Position numbers and translations under genes: made by a program
Source: Minisyncoccota bacterium
GTDB taxonomy: Bacteria > Patescibacteriota > Minisyncoccia > Phycocordibacterales > JACRKE01
DNA length: 64,000 bases
Assembly (NCBI GenBank): GCA_041660505.1
Contig: JBAZWG010000002.1
Coordinates: 868-64,867, forward strand
Direction: 5' to 3'
The notes under the pieces: generated by a model
Database searches by the model: none
What the model saw: the letters and a program-made list of their open reading frames with translations, nothing else
What the model was told of the DNA's origin: nothing
Part shown: piece after piece, positions 29,785 through 38,344 of the stretch
How positions within the stretch are numbered: position 1 is the first letter of the stretch
How the letters are laid out: the number at the start of each line of letters is the position of its first letter

Positions 29785-31015
29785 ATCCGATTAGCTTGGC
29801 CATCAGTTCATCCTCGGTCAGTCCGATTGCGTCTGTATCCTTACGCGCTTTATATTCCAGCTTGCCAGAAGCCACAGTCTTCGCACTTATAATCACCCTA
29901 TGCTGGATACCTATCAAGTCGCTGTCGGCAAACTTCTCTCCGGCTGGTTTATCTCTATCGTCATACAAGACCTCTATTCCCTTCGCAGTCAATCTTTCAT
30001 ATAACTTATCAGCATCGGAACTGACATCGCCAAGAGATACTAAGTGTATTATAAAAGGCGACACAGCCTCCGGCCAGACAAGCCCTTTCTCATCCGCGAA
30101 GTATTCTACAATGACACCCATAAGTCGCGAGAGGCCGATACCATAACAACCCATGACGACCAACTCATCTTTACCTTCACTTGTTCTGTAGGTTAATTCA
30201 AACGGTGTCGTATATTTCGTCTTCAATTCGAAGATATTGCCAACCTCTACTGCCGACTTTACTATAAGATCTTTCGAACCGCATGATGGGCAAACACTCT
30301 GTTCCGCGATTATTTCTTTATTTATCGCAACATGGCACTTCTCACAAATAGAGATAGTATCCTCACCGGTCTCGAGCACCGTTTGGAACTCGTGAGAATA
30401 TTTAGAGAACGATCCGCCGGAGGCAAAGGTTATATAAGTATCTTTGCCGAGTCCTAATCTTTCATAAACCTTGGCATAAACACCCTTCATCTTTTCATAA
30501 TATTTAGCCAAATCGGCCTCGTCGGCATGGAAGGAGTACATGTCCTTCATAATGAACTCTTTACCGCGCAAGAGCCCTGACTTCGCGCGCAACTCGGCAC
30601 GGAATTTGTTCTGGAATTGATACACGGATTGAGGCAGGTCTTTATAAGAAGATATAAATCTCTTCAAGAGTGGGACAACAACCTCTTCATGGGTGGCGCC
30701 CAATACAAATTCTCTGTCTGACGCGTCTTTAAGCTTAAACAATGGATCGGGACCGGACCAACGGCCGGTTGTTTCCCAGTTCTCTTTAGGATGAAGGGCC
30801 GGCATATAGATTTCTTGCCCGTCGGCCTTATCCATCTCCTCGCGAATTATCTGCTCTATCCTATTCATTACTCGCAAACCAAGCGGTAAGAATGTGTATA
30901 CACCGGCGTGTAATTTATCAATAAAACCGGCACGGATAAGCAGGGTCGCGTTCTTAGACACCTCATCCTTTGGTGCCGTTTTGCTTGTTTTAGTGAAGAG
31001 TTGTGATTGTCGCAT
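29774..31015 (-). CDS. proS: Proline--tRNA ligase, short form without editing domain
   Basis: MRQSQLF, LGATHEE, FRAELRAKSGLLRGKEFIMKDMYSF, EVGNIF, MGCYGIG. Confidence 0.93.
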   Translation of the reverse strand: MRQSQLFTKTSKTAPKDEVSKNATLLIRAGFIDKLHAGVYTFLPLGLRVMNRIEQIIREEMDKADGQEIYMPALHPKENWETTGRWSGPDPLFKLKDASDREFVLGATHEEVVVPLLKRFISSYKDLPQSVYQFQNKFRAELRAKSGLLRGKEFIMKDMYSFHADEADLAKYYEKMKGVYAKVYERLGLGKDTYITFASGGSFSKYSHEFQTVLETGEDTISICEKCHVAINKEIIAEQSVCPSCGSKDLIVKSAVEVGNIFELKTKYTTPFELTYRTSEGKDELVVMGCYGIGLSRLMGVIVEYFADEKGLVWPEAVSPFIIHLVSLGDVSSDADKLYERLTAKGIEVLYDDRDKPAGEKFADSDLIGIQHRVIISAKTVASGKLEYKARKDTDAIGLTEDELMAKLIGYEK

Positions 31016-31036
31016 GATATTTATGATACTACGCTA

Positions 31037-31894
31037 TTAAGACTTTTTGTCAAAAAATTTGTTATCTCTTTTATTCTTAAGGTCAAGGTAATTTGATCTT
31101 GTTGAGACCTTTTGTCCAGTCTTGGCTTCGACAGCTCGACGAGCGACACCCGCAACCGAACCACCTTCTTTTGCATCTTTTTGTAGGGCTGGCAGTTCGC
31201 GAGAATCTTTGTTGCGAGAAATTTGAGTTGTTGTTGCTTCACCAAGCATCGTTAAAATAAGCTCGAGCTCGTTCATGTGGTCGCGTGGATTGTCTGGACT
31301 GTTCAAGCTCTTAAACTCTTTAATTTCTTTTGCTGTCATTTCGAATGCGCCCTGATATATCTCGTTAGTCAATATCGCAAAGTCAATCCCCTCCCTTGCA
31401 CCACGATCTTTCCACTCATCTGTTAGCGTATTCCGGATATTAATACCACGCATTCGTTTGGCGACCCAATCTTCTGAATAGCCTTTCCTGTCGTATATCT
31501 GTTTTGCTCTAACTATTGCCCGTTCCGGGTCTTGGATTTCCTCTATGCGCTCCTGACCGACCTTTGCAAGCCAGAGCTTGAAAGGCTCGGCTTTTGGGGA
31601 CGGTATGGATTGGATTATTCTAAACATACCCTGAAGATTTGTGCTGTCTGTCTCATATAACTTACCGTCTGCTGATGGTAATTTCAGTTGTACGATTTTT
31701 TCGTACAACTCGGAATATCCTTCTGAAATAAGCTTAATTTTAAGATCGCTCCAATATCGCCTCGGGTTTTGGCTCTCTGAAAGAATGCCTACGATATCAA
31801 TTATAGAGAAATACCACTGCTCATTATGCCATGTTCTGCGAACTTCCTTCTCTTCGAAAACAGCTGATTGTTTTACTTTTATGTCTTTTTTCAT
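31037..31894 (-). CDS. BRO-N / phage antirepressor-like DNA-binding protein
   Basis: WYFSIIDIV, IQSIPSPKAEPFKLWLA, RDHMNELELILTMLGE. Confidence 0.82.
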   Translation of the reverse strand: MKKDIKVKQSAVFEEKEVRRTWHNEQWYFSIIDIVGILSESQNPRRYWSDLKIKLISEGYSELYEKIVQLKLPSADGKLYETDSTNLQGMFRIIQSIPSPKAEPFKLWLAKVGQERIEEIQDPERAIVRAKQIYDRKGYSEDWVAKRMRGINIRNTLTDEWKDRGAREGIDFAILTNEIYQGAFEMTAKEIKEFKSLNSPDNPRDHMNELELILTMLGEATTTQISRNKDSRELPALQKDAKEGGSVAGVARRAVEAKTGQKVSTRSNYLDLKNKRDNKFFDKKS

Positions 31895-31900
31895 GCGATT

Positions 31901-32992
31901 TTAGAATAGCTTTACAATGTCGTGTACGGTTACGATTGCCATCAGTATTATGAGGATTGCGAAGCCTGCGGAATGGACCTTTTGAGTGAATTCCGGTTTT
32001 ATCGGCGAACCTTTAATTTTCTCTATTATAATGAATAGTATTCGGCCACCGTCCAAGGCCGGAATAGGTAGAATATTAAGAACTGCCAGATTAATGGAGA
32101 GCAACGCCATGAATGCCAGTATATAAGAGAAGCCAATGCCCGAGGCCATGCCGACCATCTTGAATATCCCAACCGGCCCACTGACCTGTCCGACCGTTGA
32201 TTCTTTTGCGAATATTCCTGTGGCGAAATAGTACAAACCTGTTATTGTTTCTTGCGCCAAGCGAACTGTCATGAGACCGCTCTCTCTTATCGCCGACATT
32301 GGAGGCAGATACGCCTCACCCATAATGGCAAAAGCGATACCTATTTTATATGTCTTGCCGTCTTCGGATTGCGGGGTAACAGTTACGAGTTCCGGCGCGG
32401 ATTTACCTGCGTGTTTGATATTGAGAATTATCGGCTTGCCGACGCTTTTCGCCACCAAATCGGAAATATCAACAGACCCGAGTACCGTATCTCCGCTCGA
32501 CAATCCGGCACGCGATGCCGGCGAATCATTTGCTACATAGTCTATTATTATCTGTCTATTGCGCAAATATTCCGGATTTATCGTACCTTCTACGGGTAAG
32601 AGAAGGCCTGTCTGGAGGCTTACGAATAACAAAAGCAACGCGAGCAATATATTCCCGATTACGCCAGCCGCGAGAATGATTATTTTTTTGTATGTCTGCT
32701 GGGTGCTGAAGCTGCGTGTTGAAAATTCGGAGGTCGGACCTCCGAAAGTCGTCGGAGGTCCGACCTCCGAATTTTCACCTTCTTCTCCCAATATTCTGAC
32801 GAATCCGCCGAGAGGCAACCAATTCAGCGAATAAAATGTTTCGCCGTATTGTTTGCCGAAAATTTTTGGCGGGAAGCCGAGCCCAAACTCATCGACTTGC
32901 ACACCGAAGAGCTTCGCGGCAATGAAGTGGCCGAACTCATGAGAAATAATAAGCGTCACGAGGACGATAATGAAGAGTATGGCTGTAAACAT
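31901..32992 (-). CDS. rseP: M50 intramembrane zinc protease RseP
   Basis: HEFGH, GFPP, LPLGGFV, PDZ, NILPIPALDGG. Confidence 0.92.
   Translation of the reverse strand: MFTAILFIIVLVTLIISHEFGHFIAAKLFGVQVDEFGLGFPPKIFGKQYGETFYSLNWLPLGGFVRILGEEGENSEVGPPTTFGGPTSEFSTRSFSTQQTYKKIIILAAGVIGNILLALLLLFVSLQTGLLLPVEGTINPEYLRNRQIIIDYVANDSPASRAGLSSGDTVLGSVDISDLVAKSVGKPIILNIKHAGKSAPELVTVTPQSEDGKTYKIGIAFAIMGEAYLPPMSAIRESGLMTVRLAQETITGLYYFATGIFAKESTVGQVSGPVGIFKMVGMASGIGFSYILAFMALLSINLAVLNILPIPALDGGRILFIIIEKIKGSPIKPEFTQKVHSAGFAILIILMAIVTVHDIVKLF
32720..32777. repeat. Perfect 26-bp inverted repeat (REP doublet) in-frame in rseP
   Basis: TGAAAATTCGGAGGTCGGACCTCCGA-AAGTCG-TCGGAGGTCCGACCTCCGAATTTTCA; each arm is itself palindromic. 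Confidence 0.9.
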
Positions 32993-32995
32993 GTT

Positions 32996-33547
32996 TTATA
33001 ACTCGATCTCCTTGCGTTTGCGTTCGTGGAGCTGTTCCAATTTGGCAACTGTGTCGTCTACCATTTTCTGCAGTTCGTCTTTATATCTGAACTTTTCATC
33101 TTCTGTGACTGTGCCTTCTTTTTCTTGCTTTTGAATATCATTCCAGATTTTCTCGCGCTCGGCGCGCAGAGAAATCTTAGCTTCCTCGAGTTTCTCCCCC
33201 GCCAGCTTCATAAGCAATTTCCGGCGATCTACCGTGAGCTCGGGGAAAATAACTCTGATAGACTTGTTGTCAGGGCTGGTTGAGACGCCGAGATTAGCGG
33301 AAGCAATACCGGTCTCGATAGCCTTCACGAGCGACGCATCCCAGGGTGTAATGCGTAAAGTCTTGGGATCCTCAACGGCAATAGCCGCCACGTTCGATAC
33401 CGGCATTTTGGAGCCATAAGAGTCTACCAGCACACTATCCAAGAGCGCCGGCGTCGCCCTACCCGTGCGGATAGAGCCGTGCTCGTTCACAAGCCAGTCT
33501 TCTACCCCCTTTGCCCCTATTTTAAAACCCGCAAAATTATAAGCCAT
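32996..33547 (-). CDS. frr: Ribosome recycling factor
   Basis: IRTGRATPALLD, LRITPWD, PELTVDRRK. Confidence 0.93.
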   Translation of the reverse strand: MAYNFAGFKIGAKGVEDWLVNEHGSIRTGRATPALLDSVLVDSYGSKMPVSNVAAIAVEDPKTLRITPWDASLVKAIETGIASANLGVSTSPDNKSIRVIFPELTVDRRKLLMKLAGEKLEEAKISLRAEREKIWNDIQKQEKEGTVTEDEKFRYKDELQKMVDDTVAKLEQLHERKRKEIEL

Positions 33548-33552
33548 AATTT

Positions 33553-33586
33553 AAGTTGAAAGTTATAAAGTTACAAAGTTGAAAGT
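33553..33586 (+). repeat. Degenerate 7-8-nt tandem array (AAGTTGA-type)
   Basis: AAGTTGA AAGTTATA AAGTTACA AAGTTGA AAGT. Confidence 0.8.
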
Positions 33587-33598
33587 AATACGATTATA

Positions 33599-34255
33599 TC
33601 ACACAGCTTGCCCGCCGACGAGGCGGGGCAGATGTAAGGCCAAACTCTCAAGAATAAGTTTAATGGCCGGCGCCGTGTCGTGTATATATTGCTTGCTCTT
33701 TTCGAGCAGTTCGAAGGCTGTTTTGTCTTTTTTCGCCAGTTCCGGGTTCTTTGCATAATATATTTCTAAAGCAGACAATATTGCACCGGCATCGTATTTA
33801 GTCCGCGCGTGCACTTCATCACTCTCATCGCGCACGTCAAAGAATGTCTTTTCTAGATATTTCAACCGTTCGATCGGCGTTTTCCTCAGAAACTTTTCTG
33901 CGTCGAAAACTTCTTCACTTGGAAGCTTAGCTTCCAAGTCTTCTAAAATATGTAATCTTGAGCGGAGGGTTGGTAATAAGTCATCCGGATACGGCGTAAT
34001 GATAACAAACTTAGTTCCGGGCATTGGCTCTTCTAGTGTCTTGAGTAGAGCATTCTGCGCCTCTCGTCCGAAGCCGTACGCGCCGATACTGAATGTCTGT
34101 ACATCCCCGTCTGCCACTGCCAAGCTTGCCCTGCGGTGCAATTCATGTGCGTCGGCGATATCAAATGTTACGTAAACTTCATCAGCAGAGACGGGCTCGC
34201 CTTGTATCAAGAATGCATGGTGAGTTGAAAGTTGAAAGTTGAAAGGGGTTCGCAT
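33599..34255 (-). CDS. Reduced DNA polymerase III delta'-like subunit
   Basis: HHAFLI, EAQNALLKTLEEP, LLPTLRSR. Confidence 0.75.
   Translation of the reverse strand: MRTPFNFQLSTHHAFLIQGEPVSADEVYVTFDIADAHELHRRASLAVADGDVQTFSIGAYGFGREAQNALLKTLEEPMPGTKFVIITPYPDDLLPTLRSRLHILEDLEAKLPSEEVFDAEKFLRKTPIERLKYLEKTFFDVRDESDEVHARTKYDAGAILSALEIYYAKNPELAKKDKTAFELLEKSKQYIHDTAPAIKLILESLALHLPRLVGGQAV
33918..33938. repeat. REP-like palindrome in-frame in the holB-like gene
   Basis: CTTGGAAGC-TTA-GCTTCCAAG (peptide LEAKLPS); shares the AAGCTWAGCTT core with the RAYT flanks. Confidence 0.8.
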
Positions 34256-34291
34256 TTTACTTTATACTTTAAAACTTTGTAACTTTCAACT
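34223..34291. repeat. Inverted pair of 7-mer arrays spanning the holB-like start codon
   Basis: (AGTTGAA)x3 at 34223-34245; ACTTTAT ACTTTAAA ACTTTGTA ACTTTCA ACT at 34259-34291. Confidence 0.8.
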
Positions 34292-34293
34292 AT

Positions 34294-35319
34294 TTATCGC
34301 TTGCTTATAATACTGCGTTTATATGTATCAAGATGCTCGAGGGCGACACCAGTGCCTTTAGCCACACAAAAGAGTGCTTCGTCGGCAAGCTGAGCTTTGA
34401 CCCCCGTCTTGCGATAGACCAATTCCGGCAGATTGCGAAGCTGGGAGCTCCCGCCGGTCATGATTATGCCTTTATCAATAATATCAGAGGCGAGCTCCGG
34501 CGGTGTCTCTTGCAAAACATCTTTAATCGCCTTGACCATCTGACGAAGCTCGTTGTCAATCGCCTTCACAATCTCATTCGTCGCCATCTCGGCACTGCGC
34601 GGGAGACCGGTCAAGAAATCTCGACCCTTAATAATAGTGCGCAATTCGCTCTCCATCGGTACTGCAGAACCGATCTTCACCTTAATTTCTTCTGCGGTCT
34701 TGTCGCCTATCGCCAGATTAAACGTGCGTTTGATATATTCCGTAATAGCGACATCCATTTTATTACCGGCACACTTGACGGATGTAGAGGCCACGATACT
34801 GCCAAGGGATATCACCGCTACGTCTGTCGTACCGCCGCCGATGTCGACGACCATGTACCCGCATGGCTCATGAATCGGGATGCCGGCGCCAATCGCCGCG
34901 AGTATCGGCTCCTTGACCACGTAAGCACTGCGCGCACCAGCCTTGATGGCTGCCTCGATGACAGCCCGGCGCTCGGTCGAGGTAATACCGGCAGGTACGG
35001 ATATCATAACGTCGGGCTTAAAAAAGTTCCACTTGCCAAGAGCCTTCTGGATATAATACCGTAACATCGCCTCGGTCACGCGATAGTCGGCGATGACGCC
35101 GTCCTGCATCGGTTTGTAGACAAGTATACCGTCCGGCGCCTTGCCCACCATCTCTTTGGCCGCCGCGCCGACGGCCAAGACTTTATTATCTATCTCCGAA
35201 ACAGCCACAACTGAAGGCTCGTTTAGAACAATCCCCCGCCCAGGTACGAAGACGAGCGTGTTGGCGGTACCCAGATCAATACCAAGCTTGCGAGTAAATC
35301 GAGGGAATTCAAACTTCAT
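34294..35319 (-). CDS. mreB: Second MreB/Mbl paralogue
   Basis: GIDLGTANTL, EPILAAIG, DIGGGTT, MTGG; ATG 35319 six nt after TGCTATAGT. Confidence 0.92.
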   Translation of the reverse strand: MKFEFPRFTRKLGIDLGTANTLVFVPGRGIVLNEPSVVAVSEIDNKVLAVGAAAKEMVGKAPDGILVYKPMQDGVIADYRVTEAMLRYYIQKALGKWNFFKPDVMISVPAGITSTERRAVIEAAIKAGARSAYVVKEPILAAIGAGIPIHEPCGYMVVDIGGGTTDVAVISLGSIVASTSVKCAGNKMDVAITEYIKRTFNLAIGDKTAEEIKVKIGSAVPMESELRTIIKGRDFLTGLPRSAEMATNEIVKAIDNELRQMVKAIKDVLQETPPELASDIIDKGIIMTGGSSQLRNLPELVYRKTGVKAQLADEALFCVAKGTGVALEHLDTYKRSIISKR

Positions 35320-35346
35320 TACCCTACTATAGCAAACACTTTTTAC

Positions 35347-35368
35347 TGTCCAAAGCTTAGCTTTGATA
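35347..35368. repeat. REP-like palindrome upstream of the RAYT
   Basis: TGTCCAAAGC-TTA-GCTTTGATA. Confidence 0.8.
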
Positions 35369-35396
35369 ATTTCGATATGTGTGGTATAATTTAACA

Positions 35397-36077
35397 ATGC
35401 GAATTATTGAATTTTGTGCGAATGAATATTACCACGTCTTTAACAGAGGCAATAATAAACAAGTAATCTTTCGCGATGATAGCGACCGTTTCCGATTCCT
35501 GTTCGCACTGCTTTTTTTTCAGGCTCCAATCAGCTATGACCAGATTGGCAGATATATAGTGTTTTTAAAAAGGCACAGGACGGACATTAGCCAGAATGAT
35601 TCATTAAAGGATTTAGCGGAGCACGTACTGGGCAAACGCTCTATAGAATTAATCAATTTTTGTCTTATGCCAAACCATTTCCACCTTGCCGTTAAGCCAA
35701 TGAAGGATAATGCAGTGTCGCTATATTTACATAAAGTATTAACTTCGTATACAAAATATTGGAATAAAAAATATAAGGCGACGGGACACCTGTTCGAAGG
35801 ATCATTCAAAGCTGTCCGTGTTGCTGATAATGACCAGTTTTTATATCTATCGACCTATATACACAGAAACCCCGCTGAATTATCGACGTGGATTGGTCGC
35901 GAGCATGAATATCCGTGGTCGAGTCTGCAAGACTACCTTGGTGTTAATCGTTGGGGAAAACTGCTTGCGACCGAAAATATTTTAGAGCAATTTGACTCGA
36001 TTGAGGAATATCGGGCTTATGTTAACGATAGCACAGCAAAAACCGGCGATGACGACATCGAGTTTGTCCAAAGCTAA
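35397..36077 (+). mobile_element. Y1 HUH transposase, REP-associated tyrosine transposase (RAYT, IS200/IS605 TnpA-like)
   Basis: YYHVFNRG, CLMPNHFHL (HUH), GHLFEGSF, YIHRNP (catalytic Tyr), YPWSS; flanked by near-identical palindromes; ATG 35397 six nt after TGGTATAAT. Confidence 0.88.
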
Positions 36078-36087
36078 GCTTTGGACA
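36065..36087. repeat. REP-like palindrome containing the RAYT stop codon
   Basis: TGTCCAAAGC-TAA-GCTTTGGACA. Confidence 0.85.
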
Positions 36088-36094
36088 TTGGACC

Positions 36095-38326
36095 CTACTT
36101 CCCGTACATATATAATGAGTAAATCTCATTGGCCGACAACTCGCGGTTATAAATACGCACGTCATCGATTCCGCCCTTCCACGGTTCAGCCGGCGCGCCA
36201 TAATCACCAATATACATATTTACTCCGCCATCGTTATATACTCCGCCAAGATTCTTGTTATCGCTACCCACAAGTCTACCATCTATATATAAATACTGTG
36301 CGGAGTTTGTTTTTACACAGACCATATGATGCCATTTACCGTCCTTATACACATTGCTTACTGCCGGGGACGCAATGGTCGCTGCAACTCTTAGACTGCA
36401 ATACATTTGAGTACCGCCACTATCCCCCATCAATACTGCACTACCAGCAGAGTATTTTCCCAGAATAAAATAAGCGGTGGCGCCAGGGACTTGCCCTCTA
36501 TTGAACCAAGCGGAATATGTCCAACTATTCGCATTGGTTGGCCCGAAGTTGTTGCCCAGATTTACAGTATTATTAGCGCCATTCTTTGGGAAATACAACC
36601 CTTGTCCAATTTTCCCTGCAATAATACTTGTCCCTGTCACTGTCCCATTTTTCCCATTTCCACTTTTGTCTAACATTACACCGGTAGTCCTGTCCACAGC
36701 ATCAAACGTCCACCAGCCGACGAGACCATTTGTGGTGCTTTGAGCCGAGACTAGCGCTGGACTGGCTGTGACCTTCGCGCCACCGAGTGTATATAATGAG
36801 TAAACTTCATTGGCCGACAAGGCGCGGTCGTAGACACGCATGTCGTCGGCTTGCCCTGAAAAAATACCGTCTGACTCGGCGTTACCAAATACTCCAAAAT
36901 AGTAAACACTGTTTGTTATATTAGGGGTTACCGTGGTCGGAGTACCGGATATCGCCTGTAGTACACCATTCACATATATCTGCGTGGTTGTATTTGCCGC
37001 GCCGGGAGATTTAACAATGGTCACTAAATACCATTTATTTGCCGTTAATGCACCTGCGGCTGTTGCGACAGAATTGCCGGAAGCGTATTCGACCGAAACA
37101 GCCCCTGCTCCGCGCAAATTAAAGAAGGTGCCTATAGCCGCACCAGCACCACCGTTACGATCACCCGTAAAAAGACCTGCGCCGGATGTTGTTGTATCTC
37201 TCAATTTCACCCACTGCGATAAGGTTATAGACGCATTACCAGAGATGCCAGAATTATTAGCACCAAGTAGATAACATTTCTGCCCATTTGTGGTCGCTGT
37301 TGGCGTAAGCGATATTCCTCGACTTATCTTCGCGGTTACAAATTGCGGCGTGCAATTCGTCCCGCTCTGTGTTGTAAACATATGACCATTACCAGTCTTA
37401 TCTATTGTATAAGTACTCCCTGAATCTGGGGTATCGAAAGTCCACCAGCCGACAAGGCCATTCGTGGTACTCTGCGCGGAAACTTTCGTCGGGCTTGCCG
37501 TAATCTTACTTGTACCGAGCTGGTACAGAGCTTTAATCTCGCTCGCAGACAATGCACGACTATAAATGCGCACGTCGTCGATAGAGCCGTTAAAGTTATA
37601 TCCTCGTGCGTTAACTCCGCCTGGTCCCCATGGGCCGTCTGCAGCAATATCCAATTCTCCATCCGGCGCATTTTGCGAACCGGTTATCGTTGTCGGGGTC
37701 TGGGCAATTCCGTCGATGTATAAGGTTATTGTTGTACCGTTTATTGTTTCGACCGCATGATGCCATTGATTATCTCCATAGGCACCGGCGCTCGTAGAAA
37801 AAAAGTCTGTACCGTTATAGTACTCCGCAGATACTGTATTATTCGTATTCATCAATAGACCCCAAAGATAGCGGTTGGGAGCATTATTAAGCGTATCTTT
37901 TCGGAGAATCGACATTTCACCTGCCGCATTCCCGCTCGTTTTAAACCAAGCCGAAATCGTAAGCGTAGAACCCAGCCGCAGGCTTGCGCTATCGGGCACG
38001 GCGACGTATTGCGATGCACTAATTGCGCTCCATGAAGCATTAGACGACAGAGCTTGGCCGATCTTGCCCTGCACTTTACTCATGCTTGTTAATGTCCCAT
38101 GATTTGCATATAAGCTTTTATCCCTCACTTGCGAACCTGTTACGTATCCTGAATCAAACGTCCACCAGCCAACAAGGCCATTCGTCGTGCCCATCGCGCC
38201 CAGAGCCTGCGCGCTCGAAACTGCAGACGCCTCTGCCTTGCCGGCCAAAAATAGCGCAGGCAACAAAAGCAAGAGCGCGAGGAACCTAGTTAAAAGTTTA
38301 ATGCTTACGAGTGTCACAATTTTCAA
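36095..38326 (-). CDS. Secreted protein with three LamG-like (ConA/laminin G) domains
   Basis: Signal peptide; 3x TTNGLVGWWTFD...DD(V/M)R(I/V)YxRxLSAxE(I/V)xxLY. Confidence 0.88.
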   Translation of the reverse strand: MKIVTLVSIKLLTRFLALLLLLPALFLAGKAEASAVSSAQALGAMGTTNGLVGWWTFDSGYVTGSQVRDKSLYANHGTLTSMSKVQGKIGQALSSNASWSAISASQYVAVPDSASLRLGSTLTISAWFKTSGNAAGEMSILRKDTLNNAPNRYLWGLLMNTNNTVSAEYYNGTDFFSTSAGAYGDNQWHHAVETINGTTITLYIDGIAQTPTTITGSQNAPDGELDIAADGPWGPGGVNARGYNFNGSIDDVRIYSRALSASEIKALYQLGTSKITASPTKVSAQSTTNGLVGWWTFDTPDSGSTYTIDKTGNGHMFTTQSGTNCTPQFVTAKISRGISLTPTATTNGQKCYLLGANNSGISGNASITLSQWVKLRDTTTSGAGLFTGDRNGGAGAAIGTFFNLRGAGAVSVEYASGNSVATAAGALTANKWYLVTIVKSPGAANTTTQIYVNGVLQAISGTPTTVTPNITNSVYYFGVFGNAESDGIFSGQADDMRVYDRALSANEVYSLYTLGGAKVTASPALVSAQSTTNGLVGWWTFDAVDRTTGVMLDKSGNGKNGTVTGTSIIAGKIGQGLYFPKNGANNTVNLGNNFGPTNANSWTYSAWFNRGQVPGATAYFILGKYSAGSAVLMGDSGGTQMYCSLRVAATIASPAVSNVYKDGKWHHMVCVKTNSAQYLYIDGRLVGSDNKNLGGVYNDGGVNMYIGDYGAPAEPWKGGIDDVRIYNRELSANEIYSLYMYGK

Positions 38327-38344
38327 TTTCTAACTTACAATTAT

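Noticed and set aside
34333-35064. 243-aa plus-strand ORF (and similar long ORFs at 53123-53770, 59838-60392, 62816-63514)
   Set aside because: Antisense shadows of well-supported genes (mreB, lysS, BRO, secreted protein) with no recognisable motifs
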